Source of the DNA: Octopus vulgaris
Taxonomy: Eukaryota
Length of the DNA stretch: 64,000 nt
NCBI GenBank assembly: GCA_951406725.2
Contig: OX597830.1
Coordinates: 13,578,001 to 13,642,000, forward strand
Reading direction: 5' to 3'
In this document: positions 43,482 through 57,295 of the stretch, piece after piece
Layout: each line of letters opens with the position of its first letter
Numbering within the stretch: the first letter of the stretch is position 1
Notes under the pieces: generated by a model
Told to the model about the DNA's origin: nothing
The model's database searches: none
The model's input: the letters and a program-made list of their open reading frames with translations, nothing else
Position numbers and translations under genes: made by a program

Positions 43482-44271
43482 ATATAATAATTATAATAAT
43501 AATCTATGGATGGAATTTATAAATATTTTAATGCGTTTACGTGCGTTTCCACAAATCACATGTTTCTTACGATCATAGACCGTATTCCTAGAATTATAAC
43601 AATATAGTCCCTAGTATCCATAGACATCAAGTGGATCATATTCATGTGTTCAGTTCTTCAGGCGATATGGCATTAAGGTTGGAAATATAACTGAAAGTTC
43701 TTCATTTATTTTCACCAATGAAATGTTTGATTGGAATATGTGGGCAGTTCGGTGTGTATTTGGTGGGGAGTAGGCGGTTATGGAAAGAGAAGACGGAACG
43801 GTAATTATCAAGGAGAGGGACGAGTGTGTGGTGATGCTAGACTTATTTTGATATTTGTGTATGCAGGTGTCGGGATGGGTAATATAGTTCATTGGTTTGA
43901 CCTTGGTCATAGCAGACACCACCTCAGTGAATTCAAATGTTACAGGGCCAAGGAAGTACAGCTATTCCGTTGTTGAAGTTCATTGTATAAGTTGACAAAT
44001 GATGTTCTCTTAAAATGTCCTTTAATTAATTTTGGTGGTATAATGGTATAGCATATATCATATGCAAATAATGACTATTTTGTTTAATTAGGTTGATATG
44101 TCCTTCTCTTTTTCCATTATATGTTAATGACGGTTAGAGTTTTTTTCTGTTTCAAAATGTCCTTTTCGGATTTTAGGAATGATGCCTTGCCTTTATGCTT
44201 ATCTGATGTAATTACTTCCGAATGTCTTAATTGTTTTCTTTGGACATAATAAAATAGGAGCTTTTATATCC

Positions 44272-44930
44272 ATACTCAAAAATGTTTCCTGTAAACGAAA
44301 GTAATGAATGTATCAGACTTGTACAATCCATACGAAGACATAACTAGCTTTAAGCGAACGCTCCAGGATGGAAAAAATAAATTTAGATGTATCAATGAAG
44401 GGTAGTCCTATACCAAACAGAAGGGAACGTTTGAAGCAGATGTTGTAATCCATAAGTGTATTCATTAACAGATTGAGATGGAGAGAGTATTTCTTTGACA
44501 GGACCAATGAAAGCATTAGTAACAATACAGAATTTCGGGGAAATCTGAAGAAAAATTTCAAATTCCTCAGTAATCCAGCCCCAAACACGGCTTTAGTGCC
44601 ATTCGAAGAAGAACTATATAATGCAATTAGAAATACCAAATTCAGGAAATCCTACATTATATCGGCACGGCTCGATGAAACCCCATAAAACTGCTATTGC
44701 AAGTTAGTATCATTAGGCTGTAGCCGACATAATGGAATTCGCAGTTTTATAGTCATACTCAAAAACGTTTCCTGTAAACGAACTTAAATTCTGAAGAGAG
44801 GCAACTCTGGGCAGACTTAATTAAATCCGTACATTTCTTGACTAGGCGGTCTAATGGCGCAACTTAGTTAATGCTCTTAGGTACTTCCAATTGATAACGG
44901 TTGAAGAGCAAGAAACGCGTCTGGGAATCC
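44272..44930 (+). mobile_element. PLE N-terminal fragment bracketed by a ~28-bp direct repeat
   Basis: SMKGSPIP...FINRLRWREYFF...NFKFLSNPAP..LVPFEEELYNAIRNTKFRK resembles the PLE N-terminal region. catactcaaaaa(t/c)gtttcctgtaaacgaa occurs at ~44272 and ~44754. Confidence 0.65.
44885..44926 (+). ncRNA. Minimal hammerhead candidate, U3-A8 variant
   Basis: ttccaa TTGATAA cggttgaagagcaa GAAA cgcg TC tgggaa. Palindromic stem III, weak stem II. Confidence 0.55.
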
Positions 44931-45144
44931 GACAGGGTCAGCACTGGACATATATGATATTTTCACGCCATTTTACGATAAGAGAGAATTATTTTCTCCT
45001 CGGTAACAGCAGAGAGTTTGCCCTTAGAAGCTGAAATCTGCCACAAACATATCTCAACTAAACCGAAGTTCGCTTGTGTCTAAACACTGCTTGACACTGA
45101 TACTGCTCTGTATGTGAGTAATTACAAAACTAACATATTGTACT

Positions 45145-45176
<32 letters not shown>

Positions 45177-45310
45177 CACACGTCTGGGTTAGCATTATAT
45201 TTTATATAAGAACATGTCATACACAAATATAAATCTAAATGCATCTATCTATCTATCTATCTATCTATCCATCCATCCATCCATCTATCTATCTATCTAT
45301 CTATCTATCC

Positions 45311-45379
<69 letters not shown>

Positions 45380-46203
45380 CACACACACACACAAACACAC
45401 TCGCACGCATGCACGTACACCCGCGCACTCACATCTATACATATATCTACACACATATATCTGTATAAACACATAAATACACACATACAAAAACATATAC
45501 TCATATATGCACATACACACATATACACGCATTATACACATATATGTTCGGCTGACACACAGACATATCTATAAACATCTTTATGTATGAATTAGTGAAT
45601 CCATAGAAATAAGTCGTAACCTTAAATCTCCATGAAAACTTTTTTTAAAAAATGGCTCACTGACCTAATAAATAGTAGCGAATCTTTTATTTTAGCAATC
45701 ATTTTGTCAGACAGCTTTAATTGCCAGAATGTCATAATTAACATCTGTTTTTAAGAAACAATTAAAATGCCATTGAGTTTAGACCATGTTGAAATTATTA
45801 ACGAACTTTTTTGGAGAGAATCTTGTTATGATAGACTTGTGAACATAAAATCTGCAAATTTTAGAATTTTAGTAATGAAATGAAAAAATGGAGTAAAAAA
45901 TATGCCGGTTAAATAATCCTTTTTACTAAGGGTACAAAGCTTGAACTTTTGGGGTAAGGGACTAGTCGATTACATCGACCTCAGTGTTTCACTGGTACTT
46001 AATTTATCCCAGCAGAATTTGAACCTAGAACGTAAAAACGGACGAAATGCCGCTAAGCGTTTTACACGGCGTGCTAACGATTCTGCCAGGTCGTCGCCTT
46101 ACGCTGGTCAAGTAATGAGGTTGACAAATTAACGTTAGGACTCTGACAGATATTTCATAAAAGCAAGTAAGGGTCCAAGGAAGGAAAGATGGGGAAACGT
46201 ATT

Positions 46204-46610
46204 CTTTACTACTCTAGGCACAAGGACCGAAATATTTGGGGAGGGGGCTAGTTGATTAGATCGACCCCTGTACGCAACTGGTACTTAATTTATGACCTCG
46301 AAAGGATGAAAGGCAAAGTCGACCTCGGCGGAATTTGAACTCAGAACGTAAAGACAGACGAAATGATTATTTCTTTACTGCCCACAAGGGGCTACATACA
46401 GAGGGGACAGACAAGGACAGACAAGGACAGACAAATGGATTAAGTCGATTATATCGACCCCAGTGCGTAACTGGTACTTATTTAATCGACCCCGAAAGGA
46501 TGAAAGGCAAAGTCGACCTCGGCGGAATTTGAACTTAGAACGTAGTGGCAGACGAAATCCCGCTAAGCATTTCGCCCGGCGTGCTAACGTTTCTGCCAGC
46601 TCGCCGCCTT
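46204..46610 (-). mobile_element. Dimeric SINE family C, 19-bp TSD
   Basis: TSD aaagatggggaaacgtatt at 46185-46203 and 46611-46629. Other family C copies lie at 36047-36200, 45918-46099, 46675-46850, 46866-47076 and 53040-53262. Confidence 0.92.
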
Positions 46611-48196
46611 AAAGATGGGGAAACGTATTGAATAGAAAACGATTGTACTGGACAATATTTCACGAATAAATAAGGCTGGGAAAAATGCTTAGAGGCATGT
46701 CGTCCGTCTTTACGTTCTGTGTTCACGCTCTGTTGTGATTGACTTGACTCTTCATTCTTCCGGGCTCGATAAAACAACTACCAGTTGATGTAATTGACTT
46801 GACTCTCTCCTTCAAAATTGCTGGCCTTGTGTCAAGAGTTGAAACCAGCATTTCGTAGATTAATATGGCGGTGGGTTGAGAGAACTGTTAGCACGCCGGG
46901 CAAGATGTTTAGCAGCATTTAGTCAGTCTTTAAGTTCTGATTTCAAATTCCACCGAGGTCGACTTTACCTTTCAGCTGGTACTTTACCTAAGTTCCGTGG
47001 AGCACTGGGGGGTCTATATAACCGACTTACCCTTTCCCCGAACTTGCTGGCCTTGTGCCAAAAGTTGAAACCAATATTTCATGGATTAATAAAAATGATC
47101 CGTGAAATGTACGTTTATTAACCAGATTTGGAGTACATGTTGTTGATGATGATGATGTTGATATGGTGGTATAGGGAGGAAAAGAGATATTGCTGATAAG
47201 AACCAGGGGGTCGGGATGTTAACATTGTTGCTGTTTAGACCTATGTCAGCTTGGACCATGCAGATCTCTTATGAAAGACAATCCGTCTATGACGAACTAG
47301 AGTTTAAATGATTGTTTAGGGTTACATTATGCAATGCACCCTTTCTTAATTTAAGAGAGCAGAATGTTAGTTGAGGGAGATTTCTTGCAGGTTGTCGTTG
47401 CTGTTCAGTATCTGCGTTCAACTCGATGATGAGTGTTCAGTTGTTCGATTAACTCAGTTGAATCGCAATCGAATTAACGTAATTGAATTGTTGGTTGAAC
47501 ATTTTAAGGACACCTGTACTCTTAGCAATTTTCAGTGACACGATATCTAACAATACTGCACCTTTACATTGCATGTAAAATCCATCAGACTAGCTTCAGT
47601 CTACTTAGTTTACCAATAAGGTTTGTGTTGACCCAAGAATATAGTAAAAAGACCAGTTAGATATACAATACTGTTAAAGATCTGGAATATTCTAATGCTT
47701 TTTATTGTTCTTTTTTTGTCTGGCAGAAGTTGGAGTCATAACCTTCATAGGCTCTGCAAAACCGGTGAAATCGCAGATTAGAACTGCTAGTTCCTTTCTG
47801 TCCATTTATCACCTTGTTAAACCACGTAAGTGGATTGCTTTTTTAATTTTTTTTTACACAAGCTACTATAGGGAAATTTTAGGTGGTTTCTAAATTGGTT
47901 AAATGTAAAATCTAATATGTTGGATTAGGTTTTAAGATCAATATTTCAGAATTACAAATTTTATAACGAAAATGAAATGTAGTCCGACCATAGCAGTGAT
48001 CGAACGTCAGGTAACCTATAAGCTAAACATGCTCAACTTATTACTTGTCTCTAAGCATTTAATTAGTTATATCTTTCTCATTATGGATTACCATTGTCAT
48101 CATCATCGCTACAAATAAGTACAACAACCATCAAGTCAACAAAGAACATTCTTTCTCAGTCACCTGTTTTGCTAGAAATAACAGTAGCCGAATCTC

Positions 48197-48432
48197 AAGC
48201 CTAGCCAGGCTCATGGGCCCGGTTTCCAGGTTTCAATGGCGTATGTGTTCCCCAGCGGGATGGGACGCCAGTCCATCGCAGCGTTACCCATTTTTTCCAG
48301 CTGAGTGGACTGGAGCAATGTGAAATGAAACGTTTTGCTCAAGAACACAACGCGTCGCCCGGTCCAGGAATCGAAACCACAATCTTACGATCATGATGCT
48401 GACGCTCTAACCACTAAGCCACGCACCTCCAC
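48197..48432 (-). mobile_element. SINE family D
   Basis: Reverse-complement homology to 29159-29380. Confidence 0.85.
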
Positions 48433-48941
48433 GAATCTCGCTTAAATAAAACCTATATATTTAACAAAAAAGGAACGCATTGGAAAATGTAGTCAAGGAC
48501 ATACAAAAAGATGAGGTGTTAAACAAATGCAGAAATCTGCCCGGTGAAATTTCCTTTCTTCTGCGCACAATTTTCTACTCAATTGCTTTTGGTGTTTGCA
48601 TTTCATGATTTGTCTACATTTTACGGATGAGTGCTTTCGGTCAATTTTCGTTGAAATCTCATGCATAGCTCTAACAATAAAATTATGATGTTTTGGTATG
48701 TTAAATAAAGTCTCCAATTACATGGTGAACAGAAGCAAGAACAAAAAAAAAAAACAAAAGCAAAACATAAGCATTGGGAATAATCTAATTTCATGAAAAC
48801 TACGGGAGTAATGTGAAGGACGAAGGGAAATTGTAAAATAGGAAACAAAAAGAAACAAAGCAAAAAGAATATTGATTGACCTGCTGTAACTGGCACAAAA
48901 TGATATTGAAAACGAGCTTTGAAACTTAGAAATATCTCAGT

Positions 48942-49329
48942 TGATAGAAGCACTCCGTCGGTTACGACGACGAGGGTTCCGGTTGATCCGAATCAACGGA
49001 ACAGCCTGCTCGTGAAATTAACGTGTAAGTGGCTGAGAACTCCACAGACATGTGTACCCTTAACGTAGTTCTCGGGGATATTCAACGTGACACAAGAGAG
49101 TGACAAGGCCGGCCCTTTGAAATACAGGTACAACAGAAACAGGAAGTAAGAGTGAGAGAAAGTTGTGGTGAAAGAGTACAGCAGGGATCACCACCATCCC
49201 CTGCCGGAGCCTCGTGGAGCTTTAGGTGTTTTCGCTCAATAAACACTCACAACGCCCGGTCTGGGAATCGAAACCGCGATCCTACGACCGCGAGTCCGCT
49301 GCCCTAACCACTGGGCCATTGCGCCTCCT
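48942..49329 (-). mobile_element. SINE family B, full length
   Basis: Near identical to 22755-23140. TSD aatat(ct/cc)cagt at 48931 and 49330. Confidence 0.92.
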
Positions 49330-50440
49330 AATATCCCAGTATATTACCGATTAAGAATTTTCCTGAGATGAAGGCGTTAAGTTTTACAAACACTGGCAAA
49401 AAAATATGTTAAAAAAACGCAGGTCTATTTGTGCATATGTTTTAACAAGATAATTGAACCCTTTCCTGCCAGCTCGTCGCCTTGGTGACTATTCAAATTA
49501 CGTACTTGCCTAAGTGGTATTTTTCTAGGTTTCCTGGTGCTGGTTTCGACTTCTCGCGCGTATGTTGCATTGAGATGTCTTGCATTTAAGAGAGAAAATA
49601 CACTTTATATCACAAAAAATCTTTCCGGTTGTTTTAGTACTTCTGCTTTAACAGAACTTTTCCCACAGTTGTAAGGCGAAGTTTGCCTTCCATCGCACCG
49701 ATGTTATTGGACTGAGTTTGTTTTGTGGAGTGATTTCTTAATGTATGCCCATGTTATTTAGCCCGGAGCTTCTTCTTCTTCTTCTTCTTCTTCTTCTTCT
49801 TCTTCATCTTCTTCTTCTTCTTCTTCTTCTTCTTCTTTTTCTTCTTCTTCTTCTTCTTCTTCTTTTTCTTCTTCTTTTTCTTCTTCTTCTTTTTCTTCTT
49901 CTTTTTCTTCTTCTTTTTCTATTTCCTCTTCTTCTTCTTCTTCTTCTTCTTCTTCTTCTTCTTCTTCTTCTTCTTCTCCTCCTCTACCTCCTCCTCCTCC
50001 TCCTCCTCCTCCTCCTCCTCCATATTATCATATTGTAAACACTTATTAAAAGACCGGTAGTAGCAGTAACTACACAGCCATCACTAACCGCTATAACCAC
50101 CACTGTTCACTCCTCCCTTTATTGCCGCTGCTCCTACTTTTGTCACCGCCCTTACTTTCGCCATAGCGCACCTGCTTCCGCTGCTGCCTGCTCGGACTCC
50201 GCATAACGGGTCATGGACACTGCCTTCTCTCCCTGAGGGAAAATTAGACAAGGCTGCGTTAGAAAAAGCCTCTTCTCCGCTCCTTTTACCCTGGAACTCA
50301 ATGTGATACTCCGTGAAGCTATCACAAATCGTCAGAGGAAACTGCGTGATCATCATTGCTGAAAAATGTGCATTGGCAGAAATATCAACTGACTAAGATC
50401 GCAAGTTTGCAAAAAAGTTTCTATACTTCAGCAGACGTTT

Positions 50441-50858
50441 AGGCGTAGGAGTGACTGTGTGGTAAGTAGCTTGCTTACGAACCACATGGTTCCGGGTTCA
50501 GTCCCACTACGTGGCACCTTGGGCAAGTGTCTTCTACTATAGCCTCGGGCCGACCAAAGCCTTGTGAGTGGATTTGGCAGATGGAAACTGAAAGAAGCCC
50601 GTCGTATATATGTATATATATATATATGTATGTGTGTGTATATGTTTGTGTGTCTGTGTTTGTCCCCCCAACATCGCTTGACAACCGATGTTGGTGTGTT
50701 TACGTCCCCGTCACTTAGCGGTTCGCCAAAAGAGACCGATAGACTTACAAAGTACTAGACTTACAAAGAATAAGTCCTGGGATCGATTTGCTCGACTAAA
50801 GGCGGTGCTCCAGCATGGCCACAGTCACGTGACTGAAACAAGTAAAAGAGTAAAGAGA
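50441..50858 (+). mobile_element. SINE family A, full length
   Basis: Homology to family A. Confidence 0.9.
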
Positions 50859-52012
50859 GACCTGACAAACCGGAAAAGTAAAGGGGAAAAGGAGAAAAGA
50901 ATTTCCTGTTTCTTACAGAGTTGGAAAATATCGAGTATAAAAATTTGGTGCGGATTAATTGACGTGTGAAGTGCGCTAGGAAATTATCGACGACCATTTG
51001 TTTCTAATGGCCGAACTACCAACATCACATTATTTGCAGTAAGCATGAATCCGTAAATATCCAGTGACGTTACTTAAAGGCTTCCCATGCTTGATTACAT
51101 TTTCAAATTTGGAGCCGGTAAAAGACAGGATTGTAACTGGCAGTTCTGAAGTTGTCAACCACTTTTTTCACTCCATTGGACTTCAGCGAGTGCAAGTTGA
51201 TCTGTTGTAGCAAATATGAGTTTGAGAGAGGGGATCAACTATTTCAGATTATCAAACATTTCAAGCGTCAAACATGGGAAATGTGTATGTTACCGGCAAA
51301 AGGCTCCTTAGAGCTATTTTCTCTCAGCCCTGTTGTTGGTATAATCCGTGCCCTTATTTCCTTCTGTATATATTTTTAGTTCATGGGATATACTTCCCGG
51401 ATGAGATTGAGCAAGATCAAAACATGACCATTGCTTTCACCAGTTGACTTTTAAAGGCCAGATCCACTCCAGACTACATTACATTTATTTCCCCCAAAAT
51501 TGGATTTGGATTCGTTGGAGTTATCTATCTTGCTTATTAGTATTTATAGAATTTAAAACAACTTAATCAGCGTTTTTGTCTTCCATTTATAAGTAGTAAT
51601 TTCATCTAATCCAACTCACTATATTACATATATGAGACTAACGTACATATAGAGTTCTTTCGCATCCTTATATTCTAACTGACTCAAGTTTATACTTAAC
51701 CATTCTGCTCTGAAGTAACCTAATACATTTTTTGCAGCTCTTTCTGTAATACAGTACACATCCCACGGTCAATAAATATTGTTAGAAATAATTTTTGAAT
51801 TCTAATACGAGACTAAAAGTTGGAACTTATTTAGAGCTGTGAAGTCTTCAATAGATGGCATGCAGTATTTTTCATTTTATTGTATTTTTCCAAATTTTAG
51901 AATGCATATTATCAATTCCGGGCAAAGATCTTGCTGAAAGGTGCACAAATTTTCAGTTTCTCTCGGTATTTTTCTAAGAAAATCTTTTCTACTTTATTCA
52001 TTAGAAAATATT

Positions 52013-52426
52013 ACTCTTTACTCTTTTGCTTGTTTCAGTCATTTGACTGCGGCCATGCTGGAGCACCGCCTTTAGTCGAGCAAATCGACCCCATCACTTA
52101 TTCTTTGTAAGCTCAGTACTTATTCTATCGGTCTCTTTTGCCGAACCGCTAATTGACCGGGACATAAACACACCAGCCTCGGTTGTCAAGCAATGCCAGG
52201 GGAACAAACACAGACACACAAACGTACACACATATATATATATTTATATATATACATATATACGACAGGCTTCTTTCAGTTTCCGTCTACCAAATCCACT
52301 CACAAGGCTTTGGTCAGCCCGAGGCTATAGCAGAAGACACTTGCCCAAGATGCCACGCAGTGGGACCGAACCCGGAACTATGTGGTTGGTTAGCAAGCTA
52401 CTTACTACACAGCCACTCCTGCGCCT
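52013..52426 (-). mobile_element. SINE family A, full length
   Basis: Reverse-complement homology to family A. Confidence 0.9.
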
Positions 52427-53275
52427 ATATATATATATATAAATATTTTATTACCTAAGTCCCACTTAATATTTTGCGTATGCGTATGATGTCCACGTCT
52501 CTTAAATAAGAACCTCTCTGCAAGTATTACAAAACTGATGGCTGCACTTTTAACTAGATATAATAACGTAGTAACTGTCAAGATCGGTTTCAAATGACTT
52601 TCAGAAATGAACTGAAAAACTATACTTGCTGAACTAATTAAAATCACTGGGGCATAGGTGAAGTGATCAAGCATACAATTTATAATCAGAGTGCTACTAG
52701 TTCGATACAAATATTGGCAGATTTTCAATAAGTTCAATAAAGGAAAGTTCGGGAAATTGAAAATACAAAGTTGGCAATAAATTCGTTAAAGATAACGATT
52801 GCATACATTTCTACCAAGAAACGATCTAATATACAAATATACAGACATATTTTTCAAGCTATTGAGAAATAGACAAATTATACTGAGAAAAACAGAAATA
52901 GAGACAGGAACATAAAAAGACCCATACATATAATAGTGTCTTTTAGGGTGTTACAGAAACGTATAGGGTGCATACACAAATTATATAAAAACTAGGGTAA
53001 AGAAATGACATGACACATACACACAATGTATATATATATATATTTCTTTACTACCCACAAGGGGTTAAACACAGAGGGGGAACAAACAAGGACAGAGAAA
53101 CGGATTAAGTCGATTACATCGACCTCAGCACGTAACTGGTACTTAATTTATCGACCCCGAAAGGATGAAAGGCAAAGTCGATCTCGGCGGAATTTGAACT
53201 CACAACGTAACGGCAGACGAAATACGGCTACGCATTTCGCCCGGCGTGCTAACGTTTCTGCCATGTATATGTATG

Positions 53276-53322
<47 letters not shown>

Positions 53323-53514
53323 CTTCTTATACAGATAAATCGTTACATAATTTAATTTAAACTTAACTTTAAATCCTATATATACGAGGATCTGTATGTA
53401 TCGAAACATTTGTAGCGATTAAAAAGCTAACTAACCGTACTTACTCTTCCTTTTGACTCTTTTACTTTTAACTTTATATACATACATACATACATACATA
53501 CATACATACATACA

Positions 53515-53614
<100 letters not shown>

Positions 53615-53716
53615 TCAATAAATGGTGGGGTTGTGTTGACCGCACGTGGAGAAATGATAAGCAAGGAAAAATTGTAAAAATGCAGAATGCTAAATTGAAA
53701 GAAAATTTTAATGAAA

Positions 53717-55187
53717 AAGTTTCATTAGGGATGATCTGGACATGCTCAAACACCTCCCGAAAACAGTTAACGAGGAGACGCTCCTGGTATCTTTTGATGT
53801 CATCAACCTCTACACCAACATCCCACATGAATATGGTATAGAGGCAATTGACTTCTGGCTAGAAAAACACCCAGAGACATTCCCTGACCGCATTAACAAG
53901 ACTTTTATTACAGAATCTCTCAAGTTCATTCTGACAAACAATTTTTTCTCTTCGACGACACACACTACCGTCAAAAATGTGGTATTGCGATAGGTACCAA
54001 GGCTGCACCAGTCCTTGCGAACCTCATAATGGGTTTCTTCGAACTATCACTCTATGAAATATCACGCCAGAAATTTGGACATGTTTTCCACACCTACCTA
54101 ATGAAAAACTGGAAAAGGTATTTGGATGATTGTTTCATCATATGGAAAGAACCTTATGAAAAACTCCTGGAATTCAAAACCATACTAAACAACATACACC
54201 CCAACATCCAATTCACTATGGAATTAAGCAAACATCATCTCCCATTCCTTGATCTCCTAATTATAAAAACACCTAAGAACCAAATCATAACAGACATCTA
54301 CCACAAACCCACAGACTCACAACAATACCTCCTCTTTAGTTCATGCCACCCAAAACACACCAAGACAAATATCCCTTTCAATTTGGCTAAAAGGGTATGC
54401 ACCATTGTCTCGGATCCAAAAACACGAGAAATACGCCTTCAAGACCTCAAAAAACACTATTACAACGCCAATATCCCTCCACCCTTATAGAGTATGGAAT
54501 AAAACGCGCCAAAGAACTAGATAACATTACACTGAAAACTACCCAACCTAACACCACACACAACCTCAAAATACTTTCATACATTTCCACCCACAACCCC
54601 CAAAATATCGAAGCATACACCACAATCATACAAAACCTCAGTCTACTGTCAACAGACCCAAAAATGAAAAACATTATAAATACACACAAAATCCTCAAAT
54701 GTAAAAGGCAACACAAATCTCTAAAAAAACTCTTGACAAATGCCAAACTGCACACACCACATCCACCCCCAGCAGTAAAAAAATGTGCACGCCCAAACTG
54801 TGGTACCTGCCCCTCCTACTTGAAGGCTCTGAATTTACCTTCAAACAAGGTACGAAGTTTAAAATCAAAACTAACTTCTCCTGTTCCTCCGAGAACCTTA
54901 TCTACGTTCTCACATGCGCTGGTTGCCAACATAATTATGTTGGACAAACGAGTCTCCCGTTACGTAAACGAGTAGCGGTGCATAAAGAACAAATAAATCT
55001 CCCGGAATACCGACAAATTCCACTGAGTGACCACATAGACTCATGCGCTAAAGACTTAAACCCCAAATTCTATATATTCCCCTTCTACCAATGTAAAGAC
55101 GGGATCACCACACAGGAGAGAATAAACAAGGAGAATCTCTTTATTGAAAAATTCCAAACACAACTTAATATACAAACTCCTCGTTGA
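53717..55187 (+). pseudogene. PLE reverse transcriptase + GIY-YIG endonuclease ORF, split by three 1-nt frameshifts
   Basis: ORFs 53742-53993, 54029-54490, 54397-54975 and 54783-55187 join into one RT-EN polypeptide if one base is added at each of three homopolymer runs. Confidence 0.9.
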
Positions 55188-55855
55188 TCAAACTTCCTTT
55201 TTCTACCTCATTCTTCATGGATGGACTAACACAAATATATAAGGATACCATAGATTCATCACTTCAAGCTAAAACTTATATTCTTTAAATATCATTTTTA
55301 CTATTGTTGTTAATACCATCATTTTTATTATATATGATATAACAATCTGAAATGTAATTATGAATTGGTCTATGCAAATTTATATAATTAGAAAATAATA
55401 TAAATAAAGTGTTAAAATCTGAAAGTTAAGTTAACAAACAATTATATAAAAAAGATAATACAAATGAAGCTAAAATGATAATTTTATAATTTGGGGTTTA
55501 TTAGCAGCCTTTATTACAGGGGATTTTGTGAAACAAAAATTGAAGAACTCAAAAGAGTTGTCTCCCCTTATTCACAACACAGGAACTGAAGAACCACAAT
55601 TACTACTACTTCCTGTTTTTGCCAACATCCTCAATTAAACCAAACAACACATGGCCTTAATCCCATTGGATCCTAATACCTCAAGGTAACTTTTTCGTGA
55701 ACAATCATTAAACTCAAGATACACAACGAACTCACAATGTATCGGAGTACTTATTTTTTAATTTTTGTACATATTTATTATTATTCTTTTGCAAAAAACA
55801 ATGCAACTTTCTTTTTTCCCCTTTCTCATTTTAAAAAAAACTTTTTTTACATAAC

Positions 55856-55897
55856 TATTCTTGACAAGTCATACAATGACGAAAACCGGTTTGAATA
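55856..55897 (+). ncRNA. Minimal hammerhead, U3-A8 variant, in the 3' region of the young PLE
   Basis: tattc TTGACAA gtcat aca atgac GAAA accggt TT gaata. Perfect stems I and II and palindromic stem III. Confidence 0.85.
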
Positions 55898-55984
55898 AAT
55901 ATATATTTATATATTTTTTCAATTTCTCATTTCATTAAAATTTTCTTTCAATTTAGCATTCTGCATTTTTACAATTTTTCCTTG

Positions 55985-56035
<51 letters not shown>

Positions 56036-56147
56036 GTATTGATAAAAACGGTAAGATAACAAAAGAAAGAAAGAAAGAGACCTCGCTATAATGTAAATAG
56101 AGGAATTTATCTGTAAATGTAATATATGACAATTATTCAGTAGCCAT

Positions 56148-56208
56148 GATAAAACTCTGAGTTTCGGATGCCGAGGTGGAAATCCACGCCGCCATCTCTT
56201 CAGTTATC
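56148..56208 (-). ncRNA. Type I hammerhead ribozyme, canonical core
   Basis: Minus strand: gataa CTGAAGA gatg...catc c GAAA ctc a gag TT ttatc. Confidence 0.8.
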
Positions 56209-56214
56209 CGGCCA

Positions 56215-57032
56215 TCGGAAAAACGCTATGAAACATCAAGCGTGACATTGCTTATGTGGAAATTATATATTCAAAAATCCATTGAAATTAATTCGCAGCT
56301 GCAAGGAAATGAGGTTAAGCCTTATCAAAGTAAAACCAGCCCCCTCCACATTTCAGTCCGAGTTACGGTTATTCAAATGTAACATAAGGCATCGCAAGTT
56401 TCTCCAGTTTTCGAACCTCTCTGAATCGGAGAAGGAAAAGTGCAAACCAGAAGATGACACTCAGGTGTATTGTTCACACCTGGATGAGCTGCACAGAGAC
56501 ATGTCTCATAGATTTCAGGATATTGATTTTTGATTGAAATACCTGTTTGTGTGGTACCTGGATATCAGTAATGAGAAAACCAGAATAGTCGAAGAATTGG
56601 TTTCACTTAAAAATGACATTGAGTTGAGGCCAAAGTTTAAAAAATCAGTACAGTCGCCCAGCTTCTTTCTATGCAGAGAAACAGACTGAAAATTATTGAA
56701 TACAGGGGTTTAAGACTACTTCTTAGTAACGTTCAGCCAAACGCTGAGAAGCTGATATTGCACAGAATACATTCACAGGAATTAATGATATGAAAACAAC
56801 GCAGCTACAGATGAAAATTTACTCTCATATTATAAAAACAACAAAATAACGGGCTAAGGGGTCAACTAGATTAAGTTTTATTTGTGAAATATAAGATTGT
56901 TTTGAGTTTGCAGCAGAAAGAGGCCTGTGTTTTTGTGGTGATATGTGTGGGTGGGTGCGCTATGAATGTGGTCTGGGTATCGGCACTCGGTTGAGGATGG
57001 GGTGGGGAAGTTCGAAAAATTTAGAAACCAGT
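56215..57032 (+). mobile_element. hAT (Charlie/Buster-like) transposase 3' remnant
   Basis: INSQLQGNE, LRLFKCNI..RKFLQFSNL, YCSHLDELHRDMSHRFQDI, LRLLLSNVQPN. The end aaatttagaaaccagtg resembles a hAT TIR. Confidence 0.8.
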
Positions 57033-57203
57033 GCTATAGTAGAAACAATTATTACTATTATTAAATTGTAGGTCTCGTGTTTATAGTAGAAAGAAGTATT
57101 ATTCAATAATCTTATTTTCATCACGTGCTTTCACTGCACTACCGAGTGCATTTCTGTCCCTTGGGAATGTATTGTGGTTTGTTTTGGTGTTATTATTTTC
57201 ACT

Positions 57204-57290
<87 letters not shown>

Positions 57291-57295
<5 letters not shown>

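Larger units (their letters stand above)
53657..55989 (+). mobile_element. Penelope-like retroelement (probably Neptune-type), 5'-truncated, with an inverted copy of its 3' end at the 5' junction
   Basis: RT motifs (SFIRD, LVSFDVINLYTNIP, GTKAAPVLANL, WKRYLDDCFIIW, LPFLDLLI, YHKPTD..QYLLFSSCHPKH), a CARPNCGTC linker and a GIY-YIG domain (NLIYVLTC..C.HNYVGQT...LRKR...H). 53657-53716 is the exact reverse complement of 55930-55989. (TA)n tracts lie on both sides. Confidence 0.95.

Noticed and set aside
43560-44260. Possible minus-strand PLE relic
   Set aside because: Only vague resemblance to the thumb region, and no clear motif could be read.
50040-51050. GC-richer segment split by a SINE, ORF 50084-50356
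   Set aside because: No recognisable motif. It may be a LINE 5'/ORF1 relic but cannot be supported.
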